From a virus (lineage: Duplodnaviria; Caudoviricetes): DNA of 28,006 nt. Positions 7,662 through 18,071 of this stretch are shown here, piece after piece. A model generated the notes under the pieces. That model did not search any database, was not told the DNA's origin, and was given only the letters and a program-made list of their open reading frames with translations. Within the stretch, counting starts at the first letter, position 1. The number at the start of each line of letters is the position of its first letter. Made by a program: the position numbers and the translations under genes. Where the stretch lies: the IMG/VR virus record IMGVR_UViG_3300010366_000051, positions 1 through 28,006 of that record; one strand, 5' to 3'.

Positions 7662-10300
7662 TGGCGCTCAGCGGCAAACTCGAAGCGGACTTCACGAGCT
7701 TCTACGACGCCGCGTCGAAAGCCGTGGTGTCGCTCGACGGCCTCGACAAAACCGGCAAGGACGTCACCGCGAGTCTGACGAAGCTCGCCGAATCGTTCTC
7801 CGGCGGCCCGCTGATTCAGGAAGCGACGCTCGCGGTCGAAGCCGTCACGCGCATCGGCGGCGCGACGGCGCTCACCGAAGACGAACAGCAGAAGCTCAAC
7901 GCCTTGGTCACGCAGGCGATCGACAAATACACCGCGCTCGGCCAGGAGGCGCCGGCGGCGATGAAAGACATGCAGGCCGCCACCGAAGGCGCCGGCGGCG
8001 CGAGTGCGATCTTCCACAACACGCTCGGCGGCATCATCGAGGAAGTCTCGACGATGGCGGCGGGCTTCATCAGCGCGCAGGCGGCGATCGGCCTCGTCGA
8101 GAAAGGCATCGACTTCCTCGTCGATTCGTTCAAGGCCTACGTCACGGCCGAAGAAAACGTCAGCCGCCTGACGGAGGCGCTCCGCGCGCAAGGCGCCGTC
8201 ACGCCGGAGATCGCCAACCACTACCGCGACCTCGCCGACAGCCTCTCCCGCACGACCCGGTTCAGCGAAGACCTCTACACCGCCGCCGAGCGCACGTTCG
8301 TGCTCATCGGCGACGTCGGCCCGACGCAGATGCAGCGCGCGCTCCAAGGGGCGGCCGACCTAGCGATCGGCCTCGGCACCGATCTGCCCGACGCCGCCGA
8401 GAAGCTGGCGAAGGCCGCCGAGGGCAACGTCACGGCGCTCCGGCGCGTCGGAGTCCAGATCGACGACGCCCGCGCGAAGGCGGAAGGCCTGCCCTATGTC
8501 CTCGATCAGGTCAACAAACGGTTCGGCGGCCAGGCGCAGGCCGACATGGAGACGACGGGCGGCAAGCTCGCGAAGGTCGGCAACGAGTGGGACAAGCTGA
8601 AAGAAAACGTCGGGAAAGCGATCGCGCAGGACCCGGCCGTCCAGAGTTTCCTGCGCAACGCCAACGACCTCCTCGAGAAACAGAACAAGGCGACGACCGA
8701 CGCCGCGAGCGGGTGGGAAAAATATCTCGGGTGGATCCAGAAGGTCATCAGCCCCGGCGACTACCTCGCCGACTCCATCGTCGGCAACGTCCAGGCGCTC
8801 AACGATCTCGCCGCCGTCAAAGACAAACTCGGCGGCGGCATCCCGCTGCCGCAACCCGACACGACCTTCATCGACCGCGTCGATGCCGCGAACAAAGCGG
8901 CCGCCGAGGACATTCGCACCGAGATGACCGAGGCGTGGAAGGCCGCGCAGGAAGCCGCGAAACGCTACGCCGAAGAAGTCCAGCGCGAGATGGATCAGAT
9001 CAGCGGCGCCACGCTCCAGAAACAGGTCGCGCTACTGCAGACCGCCGTGACGCGCCTGCAGGCGGCGGGGCCGCTGACCGCCGAGCAACTGCACCGCGTC
9101 GGGGAGGAAGCGCAGAAGCTGTTCCTCGACGGCGCGCAGCTGACGCCGCAGCTCGCGCAGCTCGCGGTGCAGTTCGGGCATCTCGGTGACAGCGCGCAGG
9201 TCGGCGTCGAGCACTTCGCCGATCTCGGCACCAAGATCAACACCGTCACGGTCCCGGCGATCACGGCGTTCTTCACCGAGAGCGACAAAGTCAACAAACA
9301 GGTCCAGACCGGCATCACCGACATCGGGAAGTTCGGCGAGAAGATCACGGTCGACCTCGGCGGCCCGCTCCACAAAATGGAAGCGCAGTTCCGGGCGAAC
9401 CAGGTCGCGCTGCGCGATTTTCAGGAGGGCATGCACGCCTTCGGCGCGGCGATCGGCGGCGACGTCGGCAAGGCGATCGAGCAGTTCTCGTCGATGGCGG
9501 GCGCCATCAAGAACGCGCACAAAGCGTTTCAGGACATGCACACCGCGTTCGCCGGCGGCTTCAACCTGGCCGGACTGGTCACCGGCGTCGGCGGCCTCCT
9601 GTCGCTCGCGTCGGCGGCGGTCACGGCGGGCACGGCGATCGCCGGCCTCATCTCGAAGGTCTTCCATCTGGGCAGCGCGGGCCGCGATGCCGTCGTGAGC
9701 TTCGCCGACAGCTTCGGCGGCTTCGATGCCCTCCATGAAAAACTCTCCGCGCTCGGCGACGAAGGCGAGCAGCTCTGGATCAAGCTCACGCAGGGCGTCG
9801 GCCGCAACGACCCCGCCGCCGCGCAGGCCGCCATCCAGGCGATCACCGACGCGCTCAACAAGCAGCAGGCCGCCAGCCAGGACACGCAGGTGCAGACCGA
9901 GGCACAGGCGGCGGCGACGATCGAGACGGCGACGCAGGCCTCGCAGGCGCTCGACACCGTCTCCGAGAAACTCAAGACCAGCGCCGACGACTGGGCGGCG
10001 TGGGGCGCGGCGGTCAACGGCGTCATCGACGCGATCGCGAAGAACGTGCTCGCGATGCCGGTCCCGAGCGCGCCGAGTGCCGCGCCCGTCCCCGGCTTCG
10101 CGACGGGCACCGGCGGTAAATTTCTCGACTTCGGGAGCGGGACGCTCGCGCTGCTCCACGGCAAGGAACGCGTGATGACCGAGGGCGAGGGCGCGGGCGG
10201 CGGCGGCGGGACGGCCATCATCAACATCGACGGCGTGAAGATGGCGGAAATCGTCGTGCCGAACATGCCGGGCGTGATCACCCGCTACGGCCTCGCATGA
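7661..10300 (+). CDS. Tail tape measure protein (879 aa)
   Basis: Long Ala/Gly-rich helical ORF after the chaperones; KRFGGQAQA, hydrophobic segment near the C-terminal third, [15 protein letters not shown] end. Confidence 0.92.
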   Translation: MALSGKLEADFTSFYDAASKAVVSLDGLDKTGKDVTASLTKLAESFSGGPLIQEATLAVEAVTRIGGATALTEDEQQKLNALVTQAIDKYTALGQEAPAAMKDMQAATEGAGGASAIFHNTLGGIIEEVSTMAAGFISAQAAIGLVEKGIDFLVDSFKAYVTAEENVSRLTEALRAQGAVTPEIANHYRDLADSLSRTTRFSEDLYTAAERTFVLIGDVGPTQMQRALQGAADLAIGLGTDLPDAAEKLAKAAEGNVTALRRVGVQIDDARAKAEGLPYVLDQVNKRFGGQAQADMETTGGKLAKVGNEWDKLKENVGKAIAQDPAVQSFLRNANDLLEKQNKATTDAASGWEKYLGWIQKVISPGDYLADSIVGNVQALNDLAAVKDKLGGGIPLPQPDTTFIDRVDAANKAAAEDIRTEMTEAWKAAQEAAKRYAEEVQREMDQISGATLQKQVALLQTAVTRLQAAGPLTAEQLHRVGEEAQKLFLDGAQLTPQLAQLAVQFGHLGDSAQVGVEHFADLGTKINTVTVPAITAFFTESDKVNKQVQTGITDIGKFGEKITVDLGGPLHKMEAQFRANQVALRDFQEGMHAFGAAIGGDVGKAIEQFSSMAGAIKNAHKAFQDMHTAFAGGFNLAGLVTGVGGLLSLASAAVTAGTAIAGLISKVFHLGSAGRDAVVSFADSFGGFDALHEKLSALGDEGEQLWIKLTQGVGRNDPAAAQAAIQAITDALNKQQAASQDTQVQTEAQAAATIETATQASQALDTVSEKLKTSADDWAAWGAAVNGVIDAIAKNVLAMPVPSAPSAAPVPGFATGTGGKFLDFGSGTLALLHGKERVMTEGEGAGGGGGTAIINIDGVKMAEIVVPNMPGVITRYGLA

Positions 10301-13300
10301 AAGTGACCACGCTCGTCGCGCCGCCCCCGACCGCGCCGCGGCCCACCGTGACCTTCACCGTCAACGGCGCGCCGATGAAGCTGCGGCACGGCTTCCGCAT
10401 CAGCGAAACGATCAACGGCCGGAGCCGCTTCGACGGCGTCGTCTACTCCCCCGACGGCACCACGAATCGCCCGCCGGTCGGCGCGGACCTCCAGCTGGTC
10501 GAGGACGGCGTCGTCATTTTCGGCGGAATCATCGACACGCCCACCGAAGGCGGCGTCGGCGGCGAACCCGTCACGCGCCTGATCACGCCGATCGCGGCGA
10601 TGGACAACAACGCGCTCGCCGAGCGCCGCTATCTCAATCTCACGTTCCCCGCCGGCGGCACGCTCAAGTCGTGGCTCCAAACGGTCGCCGGGTATCTCGC
10701 GCACTGGGGCGTCGTGGTCGATCCCGCGCAGGTCGACGGCCCGACGTTCCCCACCGCCCTGACGTGCCCGTTCATGCGCGTCGACGAGGTGTTGAACCAG
10801 TTCTCGACGCTCACCAACGGCGACTACGTGTGGGAAATCACGTACCAGAAATATCTGCGGATGTTCGCGCCCGCGACGACGGCCGCGCCGTACGACGTCG
10901 TCGAAGGCGACCGGCACACGCTCGGCGATGTCACGTCCGCGCCGTCCCTCAGCAACTACGCGACCCGGATCCTGCTGCTCTTCGGCGACGGCCTCCACGA
11001 AGTCACGGAGACGTTCACGGCCGACGGCGTCGCGGCGGCCTTTCCGCTGCACTACTGGGTCGCGGGGACGCGCGGCTACGTCACGGCGAACCCGCCCGGC
11101 CACACCGGGGCCGACATCAACGAACCGCTCGGCGAGACGACGCCGCCGTACTGGACGGTCGACAATGCGACGAGCCAGCTCACGCGCACGCCGGTCCCGC
11201 CCGCCGGCACGGCGATCACGTTCATCTACACCGCGCAGTTTCCGACGCTCGTCTACGCCGACCCGCCCGGCGGCATCCCGGATCCGCCCGGCCTCTGGGA
11301 AATCCTCGTCCGCGAGCCCGACATCTTCGACATCGCGATCGCGCAACAGCACGCCAACACCTACGTCCTCCAAGCCAATCAGCAGACGCAGACGATCAAA
11401 TACCGCACGCTCGCGCGCGGGGCGCATCCCGGCCAGGTCCAGCACATCACCCGCAGCGCGCGCCATCTCGACGCGCAGTGCCTGATCACCGACGTGCAGA
11501 TCAGCGACGTCGACGGCCGCACCTACCGTGACGTCACCGCGATCGCCAGCACGATCCCGCCCGGCGACACCTGGCGCGACATGATCAAGAGCTGGAACAA
11601 GGTCCCGTCGGGCAGCAGCGGATCGTTTGCGCAGATCAGCGGGGGCGGCGGCGGCGGGAGCAGCGGCAGCAACTTCGTGAGCACGCGCGTCTACTGGTTC
11701 GGCGGCAGCGATACCGAATGGACGTCTGATCCGGGACCGACGTGGTTCGCGCCGGCCGATGCGCAAGTCATTCTCGACCCGGCGGCTCTCGGCACCCAGA
11801 GCGGCACGATGACCGTGCGCGTGCGCGCGAAGGCGGGCACCGTCACCGCACGGCTCCGCGATGTCGTCAATGGCACCGTCGTCGGCACGAGTGCGGCGCA
11901 AGCCGCGCCCAGCTTCGGGCTGGTGCAATTCCCGGTGACGCTGTCCGCGACCACCTCGACGTATCAAGTCGAACTCTTGCCGTCGGTCGCCAACAGCGAC
12001 GTGCAGCTCGTCGGCTCCTACTTCGAACAAGCCGCCGTCGGCGGGACGGGCCCAGGGTTTCCCGGACCACCCGGACCAACGGGGCCGACCGGCGCGCAGG
12101 GCCCGCCAGGCGCGACCGGCGCCACCGGCCCACAGGGACCGCAGGGCGATGTCGGGCTGCAGGGCCCGAAGGGCGACACGGGCGCCACGGGCGCGACCGG
12201 CGCGACGGGCCCACAGGGACCGATCGGCAACACGGGACCCCAGGGACCGATTGGCAACACCGGCGCAACCGGCGCGACGGGGGCGCAGGGACCGAAGGGC
12301 GACACTGGCGCGACGGGGCCGCAGGGACCGACAGGCCCGAGCGGCAGCGTCGGCGGCACAGGGACCGCCACGCAAGTCGCGTTCTGGACGACCACGACGA
12401 CGCAGGCGGGCGACGCCAATCTGTATTGGGACAACACGAACAAGCGGCTCGGCGTCGGCACGGCCGCGCCGAATGATCCGCTCGACGTGAAAGGCATTCT
12501 GCGGATCAGTGGGATCGGCGGCTCGCCGAATTACGCGCGGTTCGACAACACGATCAACGGCGGCAAAGTCTGGCGGTTTGGCGATACGGGTGCGTTCGCG
12601 GCGTCGACCTTCAGTGTCTACAACCAGACGGACAGCGTGATCGGGTTCGGTGTCACGCCCACGGGCGTGCTCCAACCGGGCACCGCGCTGCAATTCACCA
12701 CGAACGCGTCGTATGTCGCGGCGGGCTCGATTTTCAAACAGGTCGCGAACGGCCTGTGGATCGCGGCGGCGGTCGGCAACACGTTCGATTTCATTCTCTC
12801 GACGCCGGATGGCAACGGCGGGATCGTCTTCGTGCCGACCGGCACGCCCAACATGGCGTTCAACGGGCACGTGTATCCCTACGCCGACAACGCGCGGTCG
12901 TGCGGCCAACCGGCCAATCGCTGGACGATGGTCTATGCCGTGAACGGGACCATCCAGACCTCCGATCGCGCGCGCAAGCGCGACCTGGCGCCGTCCGAGC
13001 TCGGGTTGGAGTTCGTGCGCGCGCTCGTGCCCACGCGGTTTCGCTATCACGACGACGACGCGGTGCGCTGTGGGTTCGTCGCGCAAGAGGTCCTCGCGGC
13101 CGCGCGCGGCCGCTCGCTCGCGGGCATTCTCACGGGGGACCCCGGCGACTATGGCCTCAACTACGCCGGGTTCGTGCCGCCGCTCGTCAGTAGCGTCCAG
13201 GCGCTCGACCGACGACTCCGCGATCTCGAAGCCCCGGCGATCACGCTGCGCGCGCTCCTCCGCGCGTGGCTCGCGGCCCTGCGGCGCAGACTGGGAGGTT

Positions 13301-13302
13301 GA
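10297..13302 (+). CDS. Tail tip protein: hub/Tal-like N-terminus, collagen-like segment, C-terminal S74 intramolecular chaperone
   Basis: Follows tape measure; VIFGGII..AMDNNAL hub-like start; Gly-X-Y run; [28 protein letters not shown]. Confidence 0.85.
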   Translation: MKVTTLVAPPPTAPRPTVTFTVNGAPMKLRHGFRISETINGRSRFDGVVYSPDGTTNRPPVGADLQLVEDGVVIFGGIIDTPTEGGVGGEPVTRLITPIAAMDNNALAERRYLNLTFPAGGTLKSWLQTVAGYLAHWGVVVDPAQVDGPTFPTALTCPFMRVDEVLNQFSTLTNGDYVWEITYQKYLRMFAPATTAAPYDVVEGDRHTLGDVTSAPSLSNYATRILLLFGDGLHEVTETFTADGVAAAFPLHYWVAGTRGYVTANPPGHTGADINEPLGETTPPYWTVDNATSQLTRTPVPPAGTAITFIYTAQFPTLVYADPPGGIPDPPGLWEILVREPDIFDIAIAQQHANTYVLQANQQTQTIKYRTLARGAHPGQVQHITRSARHLDAQCLITDVQISDVDGRTYRDVTAIASTIPPGDTWRDMIKSWNKVPSGSSGSFAQISGGGGGGSSGSNFVSTRVYWFGGSDTEWTSDPGPTWFAPADAQVILDPAALGTQSGTMTVRVRAKAGTVTARLRDVVNGTVVGTSAAQAAPSFGLVQFPVTLSATTSTYQVELLPSVANSDVQLVGSYFEQAAVGGTGPGFPGPPGPTGPTGAQGPPGATGATGPQGPQGDVGLQGPKGDTGATGATGATGPQGPIGNTGPQGPIGNTGATGATGAQGPKGDTGATGPQGPTGPSGSVGGTGTATQVAFWTTTTTQAGDANLYWDNTNKRLGVGTAAPNDPLDVKGILRISGIGGSPNYARFDNTINGGKVWRFGDTGAFAASTFSVYNQTDSVIGFGVTPTGVLQPGTALQFTTNASYVAAGSIFKQVANGLWIAAAVGNTFDFILSTPDGNGGIVFVPTGTPNMAFNGHVYPYADNARSCGQPANRWTMVYAVNGTIQTSDRARKRDLAPSELGLEFVRALVPTRFRYHDDDAVRCGFVAQEVLAAARGRSLAGILTGDPGDYGLNYAGFVPPLVSSVQALDRRLRDLEAPAITLRALLRAWLAALRRRLGG
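12055..12369 (+). repeat. Collagen-like Gly-X-Y repeat, 35 uninterrupted triplets
   Basis: [15 protein letters not shown] ... [12 protein letters not shown] counted from the translation. Confidence 0.95.
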
Positions 13303-13305
13303 GTC

Positions 13306-13644
13306 ATGGCGAACGACAGTTACAGTCAACAGGCGCTGGCGACCGATCCCCGGTTTCAGATCCGCGTGCGCTCGTGTCTCGCCAATGTCGCGTGGCAGGT
13401 GCTCGCGGAGGATCCGGCGACCCCCAATCATGCGGCGCGCGCGACGTACGCGCACACGGTGATCAGTAGCCTGACGGGCATCGCCCAACAGGTGAGCGGC
13501 TGGCTCGTTGAGCGGCCGAACCTGATCCAGTTCGAGACGTCCTACAGCTTTCTCGCCGGCGGCGTCGTCACGGCGGCGGGCGACCCCGACATCGAGTCGC
13601 AACTGCTGACGGACTGGAACGAAATGGCGGGGATCCAGTCGTGA
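13306..13644 (+). CDS. Hypothetical tail-module protein
   Basis: GGAGG RBS; GTGA overlap with next gene. Confidence 0.75.
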   Translation: MANDSYSQQALATDPRFQIRVRSCLANVAWQVLAEDPATPNHAARATYAHTVISSLTGIAQQVSGWLVERPNLIQFETSYSFLAGGVVTAAGDPDIESQLLTDWNEMAGIQS

Positions 13645-16262
13645 CCCGGCGCACGCTCGGACTGATCGGCGTCGTGATCCTCGCGGCCGTGGCGCGCGTC
13701 TCGGCCCAGACCGTCGAAGCGCAACGCTTCCGCCTGTCGACCGGGCCGTGTGTCATCTCGAGCGGCAGCGGCGCGCCGATCGCGAGCGCGGGCCTCAACT
13801 GCGATTCGTATTTCAACACCGCGACCGGCGATCTGTGGGTCAAGATCGCGGGCGTCTGGAAACAACTCGGCAACATCGGATCCGGCACGCCGGGGACGCT
13901 CTCGAAATGGGCGACGGCGAGCACGCTCGCCGATTCGCTGCTGAGCGAGAGCGGGAGCGCGGTATCGGTCAACGGCTCGATTGGTTCGCCGAGTTACGCC
14001 TCGCAAGTGTCCGGGTGGCGTATCACGCAGGCCGGCGCTGCCGACGTGCGCTTCCTCTTCACGGACGAACTCCGGGCGCGCGTGTTTACCGCCGATGCGG
14101 AGAGCGTCCTCGCCGGATCGCAACGCGTCACGAAATCCTATTCGACGATTGCCCAGACCTTCACCTGTCCGGCGGCCGCCGCGGCCGTCACGCTGTGGGT
14201 GAACGACGCGCCGACGTTCGGCGATGCGCCGGTCTTTCAGACCAACGACTGGATTGTGATCCACACGCTGACGCGGACGACGTTCGGGCCGTTCACGATT
14301 GCCGACTGCGTCGGCGTCGTCACCGGCTACGTCGACGGCAGCGGCGCGAATGCCGGGCAGCAGTCGTGGACGTTCACGCGCGGCAGCGGCGCGAGCGGCG
14401 GCACGATGACGAGCGGCACGACCGTCGCCGTCAACCAGCTCGCCCAGGACCTCGGCGTCAGCGGCAACGGGTTCGTCGAGACGACGGCGGTGGACGGCCC
14501 AAACAACGGCAACGCGCCCTACACCCAGGTCGTCACGTGGACGGGCGCGCCGACGAGCGCGAATCTGGTGACGCGCTGTCGCCTCGGCAACCAACAAGGG
14601 CTGACGTCGATCCTCGAGTATGGCGTCTTTTGCGGGACGCCCGGCGGGACGTATTTCAAGTTCACCGACCAGGCGGCGATGATTCACAACATGCCGCTGC
14701 GGTTGGGCGCGGGCGGCGTCGACACGCTCGCGCTCGATCCCACCGCGCCGTCCTTCGCGATGGGCAATCCGCTGCCGACGAGTTTCGCCGGGGCCAATAG
14801 CGGCGTCTGGATGGGCAACGATGCGGGCACCTACAAACTGCGCATCGGCGGTGCGGCGGGGAATCGCCTGCAATGGGACGGCACCACCCTCTCGGTGAGC
14901 GGCGAGGGATCCGGAGTCACGAACATCAACGGCGGCAGCATCCAGACCGGCACGGTCACGGCGACGCAGATCGCCAGCGCCACCATCACGTCGACGCAAA
15001 TTGCCGCGAACACGATCACGGTGGGGAATCTGATCGCGACCGGCTTTGGCGACAATCTGATCAAGAACGGCACGTTCGAGGGCGATGGGCTCGCGGGCTG
15101 GGCGCCCGACTATCTCGCGGGCGGCACGGTCGGCTTGGCGTGTTGCGGCACGCGCGGCCCGGGCGCGGCGATCCTGACGGTCTCCGGCACGCTGCAGATC
15201 GGGATGACCTATCTGGCGGTCCCCATCCAACAGGGGATCACGTATCGCGTCGCGCTCGACACCTACGGCGCGGCGGTCGGCGCGGGCGTCTATGTGCGGA
15301 TGTGGGAGAGCACATCGACGGCGACCCCGCGCCGCGTCGCGAACAATCCGGGGCCGGGCGACATCGCCTACACGACGGTCACCGACCTGTGTGCGAATTG
15401 CGCCCAGGCGGGCGGCTGGCAGCATCGCGAGTACGTCTATACGCCCACCAGCGGCACCACGTGGGCGTCGCTCGGCATCCTCAATACGACCTGTCCGCAG
15501 AGCACGTGCAACAACCTCTACATCGACGCCGTCGAGATGCAGCCCCAGATCGGCCCAGGCCACATCAAGGCGAACAGCATTACGGCGGATCGCCTCGTCG
15601 CGAATTCGATCACCTCCGCGCAGATTGCGGCGGGCACGATCACGGCCGCGAACATCGCGAGCGGGACGATCACGACGACGCAGATCGCCGCCAACACGAT
15701 CACGGGCGGCAACATCGCCGGGTCGACCATCACCGGCGGCAACATTGCGGGGTCGACGATCACCGGCACGAACATCGCGGGCGGCACCATCACGGGCGGC
15801 AACATCTCCGGCGGCACCATCACGGGCGGCAACATCGCCGGCAATACGATCACCGCCGACAAGCTGACCGTGACCTCGCTCTCGGCGATCTCGGCGAATC
15901 TCGGGACGATCAACGCGGGCACGATCAACGGCATCGCGATCAACGGCTCGACGATCACTGCGAGTTGCGCGACGATGGACGCGAACGGCTTCAGTCTGAC
16001 GGCGGGCGGCTCGACGTGCCAGTGGTACAAGTGGAACAACTCGCAGGTCGGCATGAATTGGGACGGCGGCGCGTGGTTTTACATTCGCGGATCGACGAAC
16101 CTCGAGATGGACTGGGGCAACAATCAAATCTTTTTCCAGAACGTCACCCAGGGCGCGATCCGCATCACCAACTGGCAGGGCTACGGCAACCGGTACGTGT
16201 GCGTCGACAACAGCGGCAACCTGTACCTCGGGACCGGCGGCGCGGCCAGTAGTTCGTGTTAA
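13641..16262 (+). CDS. Tail-fibre/receptor-binding-like protein with N-terminal signal-peptide-like sequence and CBM-like domain
   Basis: SGSGAP..YFNTATGDLWVK..GVW fibre motif; 10-aa TITxxxIAxx repeats; NLIKNGTFE..LAGW CBM-like start; SLSAISANLG motif; 16 Cys. Confidence 0.8.
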   Translation: MTRRTLGLIGVVILAAVARVSAQTVEAQRFRLSTGPCVISSGSGAPIASAGLNCDSYFNTATGDLWVKIAGVWKQLGNIGSGTPGTLSKWATASTLADSLLSESGSAVSVNGSIGSPSYASQVSGWRITQAGAADVRFLFTDELRARVFTADAESVLAGSQRVTKSYSTIAQTFTCPAAAAAVTLWVNDAPTFGDAPVFQTNDWIVIHTLTRTTFGPFTIADCVGVVTGYVDGSGANAGQQSWTFTRGSGASGGTMTSGTTVAVNQLAQDLGVSGNGFVETTAVDGPNNGNAPYTQVVTWTGAPTSANLVTRCRLGNQQGLTSILEYGVFCGTPGGTYFKFTDQAAMIHNMPLRLGAGGVDTLALDPTAPSFAMGNPLPTSFAGANSGVWMGNDAGTYKLRIGGAAGNRLQWDGTTLSVSGEGSGVTNINGGSIQTGTVTATQIASATITSTQIAANTITVGNLIATGFGDNLIKNGTFEGDGLAGWAPDYLAGGTVGLACCGTRGPGAAILTVSGTLQIGMTYLAVPIQQGITYRVALDTYGAAVGAGVYVRMWESTSTATPRRVANNPGPGDIAYTTVTDLCANCAQAGGWQHREYVYTPTSGTTWASLGILNTTCPQSTCNNLYIDAVEMQPQIGPGHIKANSITADRLVANSITSAQIAAGTITAANIASGTITTTQIAANTITGGNIAGSTITGGNIAGSTITGTNIAGGTITGGNISGGTITGGNIAGNTITADKLTVTSLSAISANLGTINAGTINGIAINGSTITASCATMDANGFSLTAGGSTCQWYKWNNSQVGMNWDGGAWFYIRGSTNLEMDWGNNQIFFQNVTQGAIRITNWQGYGNRYVCVDNSGNLYLGTGGAASSSC
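15561..15866 (+). repeat. Degenerate 30-bp (10-aa) tandem repeats, about 10 units
   Basis: TITGGNIAGS-type units; a shorter block at about 14925-15030. Confidence 0.9.
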
Positions 16263-16271
16263 GGACCTGTC

Positions 16272-16658
16272 ATGCGCATGATCTGCCTCGCTCTGATCCT
16301 CGCGACCCTCGCCCTGCAAGAACGCGCGGTGGTCGTGACGCCGCGCGCCGTCGACGCCACCATCCGCGCCTATGAGGTGATCGGGTTCTCGGTGCAGACG
16401 CCGTCGACGATTGCGCCGGCGGCCGCGCCCGGGCCGCGCGCCACGCCCCCGCCGTCGTTCGGGCCGACGGTCTGGGTCTTGAGCATTCGCTACGTCGACA
16501 ACCTCGGCACCGAATACGTGGACACGCACAACGAAGGGACCGGCGCGCAGCGGCTGATCGAGACGTTCATCTTCGGCGGCGTCGGATCGTTGCGCACGCG
16601 CCTGCTCCAACATCTGATCGACGAAAAGAAAATTCCGCCCGCGCGGATCACGAAGTGA
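16272..16658 (+). CDS. Hypothetical protein with signal-peptide-like N-terminus
   Basis: AAGGA RBS; MRMICLALILATLALQ. Confidence 0.75.
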   Translation: MRMICLALILATLALQERAVVVTPRAVDATIRAYEVIGFSVQTPSTIAPAAAPGPRATPPPSFGPTVWVLSIRYVDNLGTEYVDTHNEGTGAQRLIETFIFGGVGSLRTRLLQHLIDEKKIPPARITK

Positions 16659-16665
16659 GGCCCCC

Positions 16666-16989
16666 ATGCGTAGCCGCTATCTCCTCGCCCTGGCCGTCGC
16701 CGTGAGCCTCGGACTCGGCGTCGCGGCGCTCGCCGCCCGTCCCGCGCCACGCCTCCCCCACGCGCTCACGCCCGCCGCGCCCGCGCCGCCGTCCGAACTG
16801 CAACGCCTGCAAGTCGAGAACGACATGAAGCAGCTGCAGCTCTATCAGGCGCAGGTGCAAATCCTGACCGCGCAGTTCGAGCAGACCAAGGCGGCGCTGC
16901 AGGTGAAGCTGAAGGCGCTCGAACGGGACGGCTACGACCTCGATCTCCAGACCTGGCGCTACGTGCCGAAGGGCACCACGGCGAAATGA
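16666..16989 (+). CDS. Exported or membrane-anchored coiled-coil protein (possibly i-spanin-like)
   Basis: Hydrophobic N-terminus, Pro linker, Gln/Leu heptads; next to holin-like gene. Confidence 0.65.
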   Translation: MRSRYLLALAVAVSLGLGVAALAARPAPRLPHALTPAAPAPPSELQRLQVENDMKQLQLYQAQVQILTAQFEQTKAALQVKLKALERDGYDLDLQTWRYVPKGTTAK

Positions 16990-17177
16990 CGGACGCCATG
17001 AACGGCCAGCTGACGCAACTGATCGAATCGGCGGGCGTCGGCGGCCTGCTCGCGCTGGTCGTGTTTTGGTTCTACCGGAAAGACGCGACGGCGGCCGCGC
17101 AGCAGCTCGCCGACCTGAATGCGAAATACGCGGCGCTGCTCGACCGCGTGCTGACCGTGCTCGAAGCCCGCAAATGA
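16986..17177 (+). CDS. Putative holin (single TM, BhlA/UviB-like architecture)
   Basis: GVGGLLALVVFWFYRKD followed by a short coiled coil; end of late operon. Confidence 0.6.
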   Translation: MTDAMNGQLTQLIESAGVGGLLALVVFWFYRKDATAAAQQLADLNAKYAALLDRVLTVLEARK

Positions 17178-17377
17178 CGCTGCGCGAGATCACGGGCAGC
17201 CTGACCATCGTCGCGCGGGTCCTGCTCCTCGTCGCGATCTACCAGGGCTCGCGGCTCGCGCTGATCGTGCTGCTCGCGTGGATGCAGATCCGCATCCACC
17301 GCGAGATCACCGTCAGCGACGTCTCCGACGAGGCGCGCGCCCGGCTCCACCGCTACGACGACGACCAAATCCACTGA
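17174..17377 (+). CDS. Small two-TM membrane protein (holin/antiholin candidate)
   Basis: ATGA overlap; two hydrophobic segments and a charged tail. Confidence 0.6.
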   Translation: MTLREITGSLTIVARVLLLVAIYQGSRLALIVLLAWMQIRIHREITVSDVSDEARARLHRYDDDQIH

Positions 17378-17391
17378 CCCGCGCCGTTGCG

Positions 17392-17664
17392 TTACTCCCA
17401 CAGCGTCCGAATCACCCGACCCTTCGCCTCAGCGCGGGCGCACGCGATGCAGAGATCGCGATTCGGCCCGATCCGTTTCGCGTGCGCGCGACAGCACTTG
17501 CGGTCGCACGTCTTCGCACCAGCGCGTCGCGGCGGCCCATCGCACTCGATGTCCGCCGGCGTGCGACGGCCGAGCCGCGCGCACTCCTCGCACCGCGCAC
17601 GCGAATGGCGGCCACCGCAGACGATCGCGACGGTGCCATCGGGTAGCTGGATACGTTCACACAT
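17392..17664 (-). CDS. Cys-rich zinc-finger-like protein
   Basis: CEEC, ECD..TCDRKCC..H, DLCIAC. Confidence 0.7.
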   Translation of the reverse strand: MCERIQLPDGTVAIVCGGRHSRARCEECARLGRRTPADIECDGPPRRAGAKTCDRKCCRAHAKRIGPNRDLCIACARAEAKGRVIRTLWE

Positions 17665-17682
17665 GGTCCCGCGTCCACTGAC

Positions 17683-17886
17683 CTAACTGATGTCGCGATT
17701 GTCGACGCCGCGCCGGGCGAGTTCGGCGTCGAGCGCGTCGATGCGGGCGTTGCAGAAGTCCGGGTCCGCGCCGGCGTCGCGGTCGAGGATGAACGCGTGC
17801 CGGAGGACCTTCAGGTCGACGGCGCGCATGCCTTGGTACAGCTTGGTCAGCCGGATGGTCCGCGCCCGGGACGTCTCCTCCACCAT
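17683..17886 (-). CDS. Hypothetical protein (67 aa)
   Basis: GGGGGA RBS before ATG 17886; helical sequence. Confidence 0.6.
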   Translation of the reverse strand: MVEETSRARTIRLTKLYQGMRAVDLKVLRHAFILDRDAGADPDFCNARIDALDAELARRGVDNRDIS

Positions 17887-17952
17887 CGGGTCCCCCGTCC
17901 ATTGTCGCATTGTCGCCGAGTGGCCTAGTTGCGGTGGGGGTCGCGGGAGTCG

Positions 17953-17981
17953 TCCAGAAGGCCGGTTTCCCGGCCTCTGGA
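17953..17981. other. Strong GC-rich stem-loop
   Basis: TCCAGA(A)GGCCGG-TTTC-CCGGCCTCTGGA; no U-tract. Confidence 0.6.
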
Positions 17982-18071
17982 AGGCCGCTGGAGGCCTCCG
18001 CGCGGCCGCCCTGTCTCTCCCCTCCCCCCCGCGCGCGCGCCGTCGTTTTGGAGGCCTGCGCCGCCAAAAAA

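Noticed and set aside
15561-15866. Tandem repeats as CRISPR array or DGR template/variable repeat
   Set aside because: In-frame coding repeats without spacers; no cas or reverse transcriptase gene; differences are not adenine-specific
10285-16667. Very long minus-strand ORFs (1105 aa and 1041 aa)
   Set aside because: Antisense shadows of GC-rich + strand genes; Arg/Ala-rich with no motifs
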